Of a stretch of DNA of 53,835 nt, positions 38,299-45,212 are shown in pieces (position 1 is the first letter of the stretch; every line of letters starts with the position of its first letter). Source of the stretch: Gemmatimonadaceae bacterium (GTDB lineage: Bacteria; Gemmatimonadota; Gemmatimonadetes; Gemmatimonadales; Gemmatimonadaceae); NCBI GenBank assembly GCA_050998035.1, contig JBPCQO010000202.1:1-53835 (forward strand), in the 5' to 3' direction. The position numbers and the translations under genes were made by a program. The notes under the pieces were generated by a model. The model was given only the letters and a program-made list of their open reading frames with translations. It did not search any database and was not told where the DNA came from.

Positions 38299-39060
38299 TC
38301 AGCTGCGCGGCGTCGTTGGATTCATCGGCGTCGTGGAGCTGTCATGCTTCATCATCGATGAGTCATGCTTCATCATCGACGAGTCATGCTTCATCATCGA
38401 TGAGTCGCGCATCATACCGTTCTTCATCATACCGTTCTTCATCATGCCGCTATCACGCATCATGGTGCTATCGCGCATCATGCCATTACGCGCGCCTCTC
38501 CGCATTGGGCGGGCGCCATTGCGCATACCGTTACGCGTGCCACGGCCCATCGTGGAGTCGCCGTGCATCATGGTGCTGTCCCCCATCATGCCATTACGCA
38601 TGCCACCGTTCATCGTGGAGTCGCCGCGCATGCCATTACGCATGCCCCGACCCGTCGCACCAGTCCGGCCGCGGCGCATGCCTCGACGGCTGCCGTTCAT
38701 GGAGCTGTCACCATTCATCATCGAGCCGGACGACATGCCCGAAGACATGCCAGAAGACATCGCTGACCCAGAACGTGCTTCAGACATGGACGGAGCAGGC
38801 GTGCCAGAGCTGAAGCCGATGTGCATGGCATCCAGGAGGGCCGCCGGCCCTGCGCCAGCTGCATTGTACTTGGAACCGCACTTCTTCACTGCGCTACGGG
38901 TCATCGCATCAACGTGGCCGGTGATGTGCGACACGCCGCAACCGTCGTCGCGCAGCTGCTGCTGCAGGGCGATGGTCTGGACGCGGGAAAGGTTCTGCGC
39001 GAACGCAGGTGCTGCGGAACAACATAGAGCCGCAAGGGCGGCCAGTGAGCGGACTTTCAT
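38299..39060 (-). CDS. Secreted, extremely methionine-rich repeat protein with N-terminal peptidoglycan-binding-like domain
   Basis: MKVRSLAALAALCCSAAPAFAQ is a signal peptide. VQTIALQQQLRDDGCGV..GHVDAMTRSAVKKC is PG_binding_1-like. I count 36 Met in the C-terminal 163 aa, in motifs MRNGM, GDSTM(M) and DSSMMKH x3. GGAGG lies 6 nt upstream of the ATG. Confidence 0.75.
   Translation of the reverse strand: MKVRSLAALAALCCSAAPAFAQNLSRVQTIALQQQLRDDGCGVSHITGHVDAMTRSAVKKCGSKYNAAGAGPAALLDAMHIGFSSGTPAPSMSEARSGSAMSSGMSSGMSSGSMMNGDSSMNGSRRGMRRGRTGATGRGMRNGMRGDSTMNGGMRNGMMGDSTMMHGDSTMGRGTRNGMRNGARPMRRGARNGMMRDSTMMRDSGMMKNGMMKNGMMRDSSMMKHDSSMMKHDSSMMKHDSSTTPMNPTTPRS
38341..38403. repeat. 21-bp tandem repeat x3 (encodes DSSMMKH) inside the Met-rich gene
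   Basis: gtcatgcttcatcatcga(t/c)ga repeated three times. It is followed by a 15-bp ataccgttcttcatc x2 (KNGMM). Confidence 0.9.
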
Positions 39061-39134
39061 ATTTCGCCTCCAGAGGGGGATTCACGCGCAACAGTGCGCA
39101 ACCCCTCGTGGTTCGCAACTAACGGGCCGCTGAG

Positions 39135-39566
39135 CTACCGGAAGGCAACATGCGCGGCAACTGCACCCGCCACCACCAGTGCCACAGCGGCCGCCAGCAG
39201 CATCGCCGGATTCATCGACACCCCTCGCCGGTACCAGGGCTGCTGCAGCTTGTAGGCGTCGTCAGGGAGCGACTCCATTATCCGCTTGTGTACGTACAGC
39301 GGAGTGGTGCGGCTCCGGAGCGTTTCTGCCTCGTCGTGGATCTTGGTCCACAGATCGACAGTGTCGTTACCGCCAGGGGTCGCTCGCATCACCGCCAACT
39401 TGATATCGCCATCGAGCCACTGATGCAGCAGCGCCGGCGATCCGGGTGGCAGCGGAACCTCGCGATCGGAGGCAGGCACCCCCGGTACCATGGATGGTGA
39501 TGGCGTCGGGGATGGATCGAAGCCCAGCTCTCCGTGGGCCTCTTCCGGATGAAGATCGTCGTACAT
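39135..39566 (-). CDS. Anti-sigma factor candidate, tail-anchored, with no extracytoplasmic domain
   Basis: Overlaps the sigma-gene stop (TGATG, or GTGA if the GTG at 39569 is used). LLHQWLDGD is an anti-sigma N-domain-like motif. There is a single C-terminal TM (AMLLAAAVALVVAGAVAA) followed by only 5 residues. No HxxxCxxC motif. Confidence 0.6.
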   Translation of the reverse strand: MYDDLHPEEAHGELGFDPSPTPSPSMVPGVPASDREVPLPPGSPALLHQWLDGDIKLAVMRATPGGNDTVDLWTKIHDEAETLRSRTTPLYVHKRIMESLPDDAYKLQQPWYRRGVSMNPAMLLAAAVALVVAGAVAAHVAFR

Positions 39567-40126
39567 CACGCGTATTTCTCCTCAAGCAGGTGCTGGAGCG
39601 CCTCACGCGCTCTGTGAACACGCATTTTAAGAGCCCCAACTGTTGTACTCAGCAATTCGGCCATTTCTTCGTAGGATCGCCCCTCCGCCTGCCTCATCAT
39701 GAAAGCCTTCCGGAGAGACGGAGCAAGCGCGGCGAGCGCCACCTCGAGGTCTGATCGCAACTCGTTGCGATCGAGCTCCTCTTCAGGCGTCGTGTAGGAG
39801 GACGGCTGATCGTCCTCTTCGTAACTGACATGAGTACGGCGGATGTTCTTGAGCCAGTCCTTGCATGCGTTCGCCACGATGCGAAAGACCCATGCATCAA
39901 AACGCCCGCGCACCTCGCCAAGATGCTGGTATGCTTTGATGAACGACTGCTGGAGAATATCCTCGGCAACGTCCGGGCTGCCGGTCATCCCGAGCGCGTG
40001 CCGGTACAAGGGGTCACTGTACCGGACGATCAAGACTTCGAACGCGTCTCTCGACCCGTTCATTACCCGCCGGATGATCTCCTGGTCGAGGTCAGCCTGA
40101 TCGACCTGAACGGTTGGAGCAGTCAC
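39566..40126 (-). CDS. ECF-type RNA polymerase sigma-70 family factor
   Basis: FEVLIVRYSDPLYRHALGMTG...AEDILQQSFIKAY is region 2. SYEEMAELLSTTVGALKMRVHRARE is the region 4 HTH. GTG start. Confidence 0.85.
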   Translation of the reverse strand: MTAPTVQVDQADLDQEIIRRVMNGSRDAFEVLIVRYSDPLYRHALGMTGSPDVAEDILQQSFIKAYQHLGEVRGRFDAWVFRIVANACKDWLKNIRRTHVSYEEDDQPSSYTTPEEELDRNELRSDLEVALAALAPSLRKAFMMRQAEGRSYEEMAELLSTTVGALKMRVHRAREALQHLLEEKYA

Positions 40127-40276
40127 AGATGTTCCGTGCGGTTACTGGTGGGGCGAGGAGGAGTTCATTTCCATTATTCCGGGCATAATATCCACTATTG
40201 CTCGGGGACGCGCCACCCCGATGTGATTATGGCGCGATTTTAGCGCAATCTGAGCCGTAAGACAGCCCGGCCCCGC

Positions 40277-40304
40277 TTGCGAAAGTGTAGAAAAATCATA
40301 TACT
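40277..40304 (+). promoter_or_regulatory. Sigma70-like promoter candidate (TTGCGA-16 nt-TATACT) for the phasin-like gene
   Basis: TTGCGA at 40277-40282 and TATACT at 40299-40304, about 40 nt upstream of ATG 40345. Consensus match only. Confidence 0.35.
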
Positions 40305-40344
40305 TAGCGCCATTCATACCCCACCTACCCTCAACCCGCCGACC

Positions 40345-41007
40345 ATGGTCGATAAGTCAGCGACGCCTGAGGTGACGCCGGAGGACCCGGCCGCTCCGCC
40401 GGCGACGCCCGTTGTTCCTCCCAAACGCAGCCCTGGCCACCGTGGAGCAGATGTAAAGGACACGGTCGCCGAAATGACCGCCAAAGCCCACGAGATAAGC
40501 CTTGAGGCCGGCAGCAAGATGGCTGCCGCCATGAAGGACGTGATTAATGCTGCGGCGGGCATCACCGGTTTCGTTCTGGAAAGCGCTCGCGATCTGGCAC
40601 AGTATATGGTCCGGCGCGGTCAGATGACGCAGGACGAGGCGGACAAGCTCATTCGCCAGGCCGAAGAGGCACAGGCCAATCGGGGGAGCACCGGCTCCAG
40701 TGCCCCGTCGTCATTCGCAGCAGTGCTCGCCGCGAACGACGCCGACGTTGAGGAAGAGGACGACGTGCTCGAGGTGTCGGACGAGGAGTCTGTGGAGTCC
40801 GGGGACATGGACAGCGGCTCAGCCGACTCGGAGACGGGCGCCGAAGCTGCTGCCGGTTCTGCCCACAAGACCGCCGCAAAGCACCCAGCGGCCAGCAAGA
40901 CTGGAGCGGCCACCAAGTCCAAGACTGCCGCGAAGGATGAGAAGCCCGCAGCCAAGAAGGGCGCGTCCGCTCCGGCTGCCAAGAAGGGGACCGCCAAGCA
41001 GAAATGA
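40345..41007 (+). CDS. Phasin-like (COG3937-type) protein with acidic linker and Ala/Lys/Pro-rich histone-H1-like tail
   Basis: GFVLESARDLAQYMVRRGQMTQDEADKLIRQAEEAQ is followed by DADVEEEDDVLEVSDEESVESGDMD, then AAKHPAASKTGAATKSKTAAKDEKPAAKKGASAPAAKKGTAKQK. Confidence 0.65.
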   Translation: MVDKSATPEVTPEDPAAPPATPVVPPKRSPGHRGADVKDTVAEMTAKAHEISLEAGSKMAAAMKDVINAAAGITGFVLESARDLAQYMVRRGQMTQDEADKLIRQAEEAQANRGSTGSSAPSSFAAVLAANDADVEEEDDVLEVSDEESVESGDMDSGSADSETGAEAAAGSAHKTAAKHPAASKTGAATKSKTAAKDEKPAAKKGASAPAAKKGTAKQK

Positions 41008-42173
41008 ACGCCGTCGAGTTGACGGCGGCGCTGGTCCAGTTCGACTCCCGCAACCCCTCGCTCGTCTCCAGTTCTACGGGCGAACGAGGGGTCGCTTGTT
41101 TCCTCGGCCGCGTGCTTGACGATTGGGGCTTCCGGACCGAGCTGGTGGACGTTGCTGATGGCCGCTGCAACCTGATTGCGCGCGCCGGTGCCGCGACGGC
41201 TGGAGCACGGACGCTGATGCTCAACGGGCACCTGGACATCGTCGGAACGGACGACATGACGCACCCGCCGTTCGTCCCCAGCATCGTTGACGGACTGCTG
41301 TATGGTCGTGGGTCAGCGGATATGAAAGGCGGAATTGCCGCCATGTGCGTGGCGGCCCGCGACGCGCTCCAGCGTGGGATAGCCGGCCAGATCGTCATCG
41401 CCGCGGTGATCGACGAGGAATACGAGAGCCTTGGCACTCGCGCCCTCGTGAGCTCTGGTGTCCGGACCGATGCGGCGATCATCACCGAGCCAACTGGGCT
41501 GGCCATGTGCCCGGCTCATCGCGGCTTTGTATGGGCCCGGTTGGACTTCCGTGGCCGCGCAGCGCACGGCAGCCGCTACGACCTGGGTGTGGACGCCATT
41601 ACCCACGCCGCACTTGTGATCGCTGAGCTGCATCGCCTGCAGCTCGACGTGCTGCACCGGAGATCTCACCCGCTACTCGGGCGCCCATCGCTACACGCGT
41701 CCACCATTGCCGGCGGCACCGGCCTGTCTACCTATCCCGACCGGTGTACCGTGAAAATCGAGCGGCGGACGATACCAGGCGAAACGGAGGCGACCTTTCT
41801 GCAAGAGCTGAACGAGTCCTGTCACATCGTCCGGAGCTCCAACCCAACGCTGGACGTAAGCATTCAGGTCACCACGTCACAACTCCCCAGTGATGTGCCG
41901 CTCGACGCGCCGGTTCTAGCCGAGCTGGAACGTGCACTGAAGGAGGAGAACATCCCGATCCGCATCGAAGGTTTGAGCGCGTGGACCGATGCGGCACTCC
42001 TGAACGAGGCTGGCATACCGGCGATATGCTTCGGACCAGGCGATATTGCGCTGGCGCATTCGAGCACGGAATGGGTTCCGGTGCAGCAGATCCACGACGC
42101 CACGCGGGTACTGGAGCGCTTCATCAGCACGTGGTGCAATGGGTTTCAGAGTCAACCAAGCGCATGCAGCTAA
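41004..42173 (+). CDS. M20-family deacylase (ArgE/DapE-like)
   Basis: LMLNGHLDIV, GRGSADMKGG and VIDEEYES fit M20. The ATG overlaps the upstream stop (ATGA). Confidence 0.8.
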   Translation: MNAVELTAALVQFDSRNPSLVSSSTGERGVACFLGRVLDDWGFRTELVDVADGRCNLIARAGAATAGARTLMLNGHLDIVGTDDMTHPPFVPSIVDGLLYGRGSADMKGGIAAMCVAARDALQRGIAGQIVIAAVIDEEYESLGTRALVSSGVRTDAAIITEPTGLAMCPAHRGFVWARLDFRGRAAHGSRYDLGVDAITHAALVIAELHRLQLDVLHRRSHPLLGRPSLHASTIAGGTGLSTYPDRCTVKIERRTIPGETEATFLQELNESCHIVRSSNPTLDVSIQVTTSQLPSDVPLDAPVLAELERALKEENIPIRIEGLSAWTDAALLNEAGIPAICFGPGDIALAHSSTEWVPVQQIHDATRVLERFISTWCNGFQSQPSACS

Positions 42174-42187
42174 ATACAGCTAAGTAG

Positions 42188-42406
42188 ATGCAGTTAAACA
42201 GCAGGCAGTACAACCTGTTGGAGCGGGCCGTGACTGACGGGCGCCGCATCGTTGTGTATCGCCGTGGATCGGAGTTCATCGTGCGTCCGGAGTCGCTCGG
42301 ACTGCGGGCCGGCCGCGAAGCGATCGAGACGGTGCAGCCGGCCACGGGTGACAGAATGACGATATACATCGACGACATGGATGATTTCGAGGTGGTCGGT
42401 GACTGA
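42188..42406 (+). CDS. Small hypothetical protein (72 aa)
   Basis: ORF with a balanced composition, immediately upstream of and overlapping rnhA. No family recognised. Confidence 0.45.
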   Translation: MQLNSRQYNLLERAVTDGRRIVVYRRGSEFIVRPESLGLRAGREAIETVQPATGDRMTIYIDDMDDFEVVGD

Positions 42407-43031
42407 GCCGCAGCCGGACCTCAAGCCGGATCTGATCGCGGTCTACGCCGACGAGTCGTGCCTCGGTAACGGGAAGCAAGGCGACAACGCCGGGGCGGCT
42501 GGGGGAGTGGTCGAGTGGTTGAATCCGAAGACCGAGGAACTGGTTCGCTGGGACTACTGGATCAGCGAGCCGGCAACTACCAACAACAGAATGGCTCTCC
42601 GCTCAGTGATCGAGGCGTTCCGCGGAATTTCGTCCAAGCGCGGGACGTTCAGAGTAGTGTTCACCACAGACTCGCGCTACATCGTGGACGGAATGACATC
42701 CTGGGTACACGGCTGGGCCGCGCGCGGCTGGACGCGCAAGGCCGGTCCCATCGAGAATCTGGAGCTGTGGAAGGAAGCGCTGCGCGCACTGGGCCAGCAC
42801 CACTGCGAGTGGCGCTGGGTGCGCGGTCACAACGGGCAGCCGCAGAACGAGTACGCCAACCACCTCGCCACCCGCGCCGCGGCGGCTCAGGGCTCGTCCG
42901 GGGGGCTGGTGCCGTCCAGCTTTGGCGCATGGCATGCACAACACAACGGGACCGGACTGGCGAAGCAGTCAGTCACCCCGTTTCCAACCCACGAAACGTT
43001 CAAGGGGAAGCACCGAGCATGGACGATCTAG
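42381..43031 (+). CDS. rnhA: Ribonuclease HI
   Basis: VYADESCLGN, TTNNRMALRSVIEAF, TDSRYIVDGMTSWVHGWAARGW and VRGHNGQPQNEYANHLA fit RNase HI. GTG 42399 is an alternative start. Confidence 0.85.
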   Translation: MISRWSVTEPQPDLKPDLIAVYADESCLGNGKQGDNAGAAGGVVEWLNPKTEELVRWDYWISEPATTNNRMALRSVIEAFRGISSKRGTFRVVFTTDSRYIVDGMTSWVHGWAARGWTRKAGPIENLELWKEALRALGQHHCEWRWVRGHNGQPQNEYANHLATRAAAAQGSSGGLVPSSFGAWHAQHNGTGLAKQSVTPFPTHETFKGKHRAWTI

Positions 43032-43858
43032 ACCGCCTCTACCGCCGGCTGGTACACAACATCCGCGCGAACAGGCCGGAATACCTGCAGATCCCATTCA
43101 CCGTTCGCGAGCTGTACGAGCAGATCATCCCCTATCGTCACAATCGCCGCGAGCTCGGGATCGATACCAACGACGATTACGAGGTCGCGGTCGCTCGGCT
43201 CCTCTCGGGCGAGCGTGGCTACCTGCAGGGTGATCCCGCCATGCAGGAGCAGCTGCGGCGAGAGCTGGCGGCGCAGACGGGGGACCCGGGCGTTTTCAAG
43301 GATCACGGCGATGCCACGGTGTCGCTCACCCCCGCCGCCAGCGACGCGCGAACTCCGGCGGCCGGAGTTGGCGTAGCTGGGATGCAGACACCGGTAGAGG
43401 GTGTACCCGCCACGATGGCGAGCGCGCCGTCTGCTGCACCTGCACCTGCCTCGCCCAACGCGCCTGTAGCCAGAGACGCCGCACCGCCGGTTCAGTCTGC
43501 GCCGGTTCAGTCTGCGCCGGTTCAATCTGCGCCCGCTCAATCTGCGCCCGCTCAATCCGCGCCCGCTCAATCCGCGCCCGCTCAATCCGCGCCCGCTCAG
43601 ACAGCCGACGCTCAACCTTCTGCCACTTCCACCGCGGTCGCATCCGAAGCACAGGTGCCGTCGCTCCTCTCTTCTCTATCCAATATCGAAATGCCCACAG
43701 GATGCCGATTCTGCGGCGGCACGCTCCCCGAAGGGCGCGACGCGAACTACTGCCCACATTGCGGTGAGAACCTCCACACCAAGCGCTGCCCGGCGTGCGG
43801 CGCCGAGATGGATACTTCGTGGGGATTCTGCGTTACATGCGGCAGGAAAGCGGGGTAG
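43019..43858 (+). CDS. Zinc-ribbon domain protein with internal AP(V/A)QS pentapeptide repeats
   Basis: ATG at 43019 (MDDLDRLYRRL) within track ORF 42515... The C-terminal CRFCGG...CPHCG...CPACG...CVTCG is a double zinc ribbon. It overlaps the rnhA end by 13 nt. Confidence 0.7.
   Translation: MDDLDRLYRRLVHNIRANRPEYLQIPFTVRELYEQIIPYRHNRRELGIDTNDDYEVAVARLLSGERGYLQGDPAMQEQLRRELAAQTGDPGVFKDHGDATVSLTPAASDARTPAAGVGVAGMQTPVEGVPATMASAPSAAPAPASPNAPVARDAAPPVQSAPVQSAPVQSAPAQSAPAQSAPAQSAPAQSAPAQTADAQPSATSTAVASEAQVPSLLSSLSNIEMPTGCRFCGGTLPEGRDANYCPHCGENLHTKRCPACGAEMDTSWGFCVTCGRKAG
43484..43600. repeat. 15-bp tandem repeat, about 8 copies (two subtypes), coding
   Basis: (c/g)cgccggttca(g/a)tct x3, then gcgcccgctcaatc(t/c) x4-5, read directly. 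Confidence 0.9.
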
Positions 43859-43884
43859 CCGTACTTGGCAATTGCTGATGCCGA

Positions 43885-45168
43885 TCAGCCCTTGCCTCTG
43901 AACGCACCTTTTGTAATCAACCGCACTCCGCGCTGATAGGTTAGGTACGCGTACGCCCACTGTAGCAGGACGCTGAGCCGGTTGCGGAACCCGATCAGGT
44001 ACGTGATGTGGATGCCCAGCCACATCCACCACGCTGGGCGGCCGGACAGCTTGACTCTTCCGCCGAACAGATTGGCGATGGCTTTGCCTCGCCCGATCGT
44101 GGCAAGGTCGCCCTTGTTGAGGTAATCGAAGTCCTTGCGCGGCTGGCGCGTCATGCTGGCCATGATGTTCTTCGCGGCCACGCGGCCTTCCTGCATCGCG
44201 ACCTGAGCCACGCCCGGTGCGGGCTCGCCATTGTTCTGTAGCGCGTACGCAAGATCACCGATGACGAGCACGTTTGGATGACCGGGGATGGAGAGATCGC
44301 GCTCGACTATCACCTGTCCCGATCTGGTGAGCGGCACGCCGAGTGACTTGGAGATGGGCGCGGCGGTATTGCCAGCCGCCCAGAATACGGTGTGCGTTTT
44401 TATGGCGTGGTCGCCCACGTACACAGCATCGGCGGTGATGTTGGTCACGGCGGACGACGTGCGCACGTCGACGCGCAGCTCCGTCAGATCACGTGAGGCG
44501 TCGGCCGCGAGCGATTCGGGAAACGATGGCAAAATGCGGGGGCCGGCTTCGAGCAGGATGACCGCCGTGTCGCGCGTGTCCACGTGCCTGAAGTCCCTGC
44601 GCATCGCGACCGCAATGTCCTGCATCACTCCCGCCAGCTCGCACCCGGTGGGGCCTCCGCCAACGATAACGAAGGTGAGCCAGACGTTCCTCTCCTCAGG
44701 GGTCCTGGCGCGTTCCGCCTCCTCGAACGCGGATAGAAATCGCCCGCGTATCTCTATCGCATCTTCGATCGTTTTGAGGCCCGGCGCGAGCTGTTCCCAC
44801 TCCGGGTGACTGAAGTACGAGTGTCGCGTGCCGGCCGCCACGATGAGATAATCGTACGGGAGCGACAGCCCGGGCTCCTCGCCCGAGGGATCGGCGCATC
44901 GCACGACCTGCGCATTCACATCGATGTCTGTAACCTGGCCGAGCACGACGGTGGTGTTGGCCTGATGCCTGAGGATGTGGCGGATGGCGCCGGCTATGTC
45001 ACTGGGCGCGAGCGCGGCGGTGGCCACCTGGTACAGGAGCGGCTGGAAGAGGTGATGGTTGGTCCGGTCGACAACAGTGAGGTCGACGTTGGCGCGCCCA
45101 AGCTTGCGCGCCGCTGTCAAGCCGCCGAACCCTGCACCGATGATCACTACGCGTGGACGTGTCGACAT
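43885..45168 (-). CDS. ndh: Type II NADH dehydrogenase (NDH-2)
   Basis: VVIIGAGFGGL and VIVGGGPTGCE are two dinucleotide folds. VIGDLA and the C-terminal amphipathic region also fit. Confidence 0.85.
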   Translation of the reverse strand: MSTRPRVVIIGAGFGGLTAARKLGRANVDLTVVDRTNHHLFQPLLYQVATAALAPSDIAGAIRHILRHQANTTVVLGQVTDIDVNAQVVRCADPSGEEPGLSLPYDYLIVAAGTRHSYFSHPEWEQLAPGLKTIEDAIEIRGRFLSAFEEAERARTPEERNVWLTFVIVGGGPTGCELAGVMQDIAVAMRRDFRHVDTRDTAVILLEAGPRILPSFPESLAADASRDLTELRVDVRTSSAVTNITADAVYVGDHAIKTHTVFWAAGNTAAPISKSLGVPLTRSGQVIVERDLSIPGHPNVLVIGDLAYALQNNGEPAPGVAQVAMQEGRVAAKNIMASMTRQPRKDFDYLNKGDLATIGRGKAIANLFGGRVKLSGRPAWWMWLGIHITYLIGFRNRLSVLLQWAYAYLTYQRGVRLITKGAFRGKG

Positions 45169-45212
45169 CTACCTGGGCACCACCGGCCGGTATGGAACTG
45201 TGAGACTATGAA

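Noticed and set aside
40127-40344. ECF-type autoregulatory promoter (GGAAC-N16/17-CGT) upstream of the sigma gene
   Set aside because: The only GGAAC is a few nucleotides upstream of the GTG start, too close to serve as a -35 element. Other GAAC...GT combinations have wrong spacing. No confident call.
42515-43018. N-terminal 168 aa of track ORF 42515..43858
   Set aside because: This frame runs through rnhA, which has unambiguous RNase HI motifs in another frame. The plausible start is ATG 43019.
43484-43600. Possible CRISPR-like or satellite repeat array
   Set aside because: The units are contiguous 15-bp tandems with no spacers, in frame within a CDS (AP(V/A)QS). No cas genes are present. 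It is a coding microsatellite, not CRISPR.
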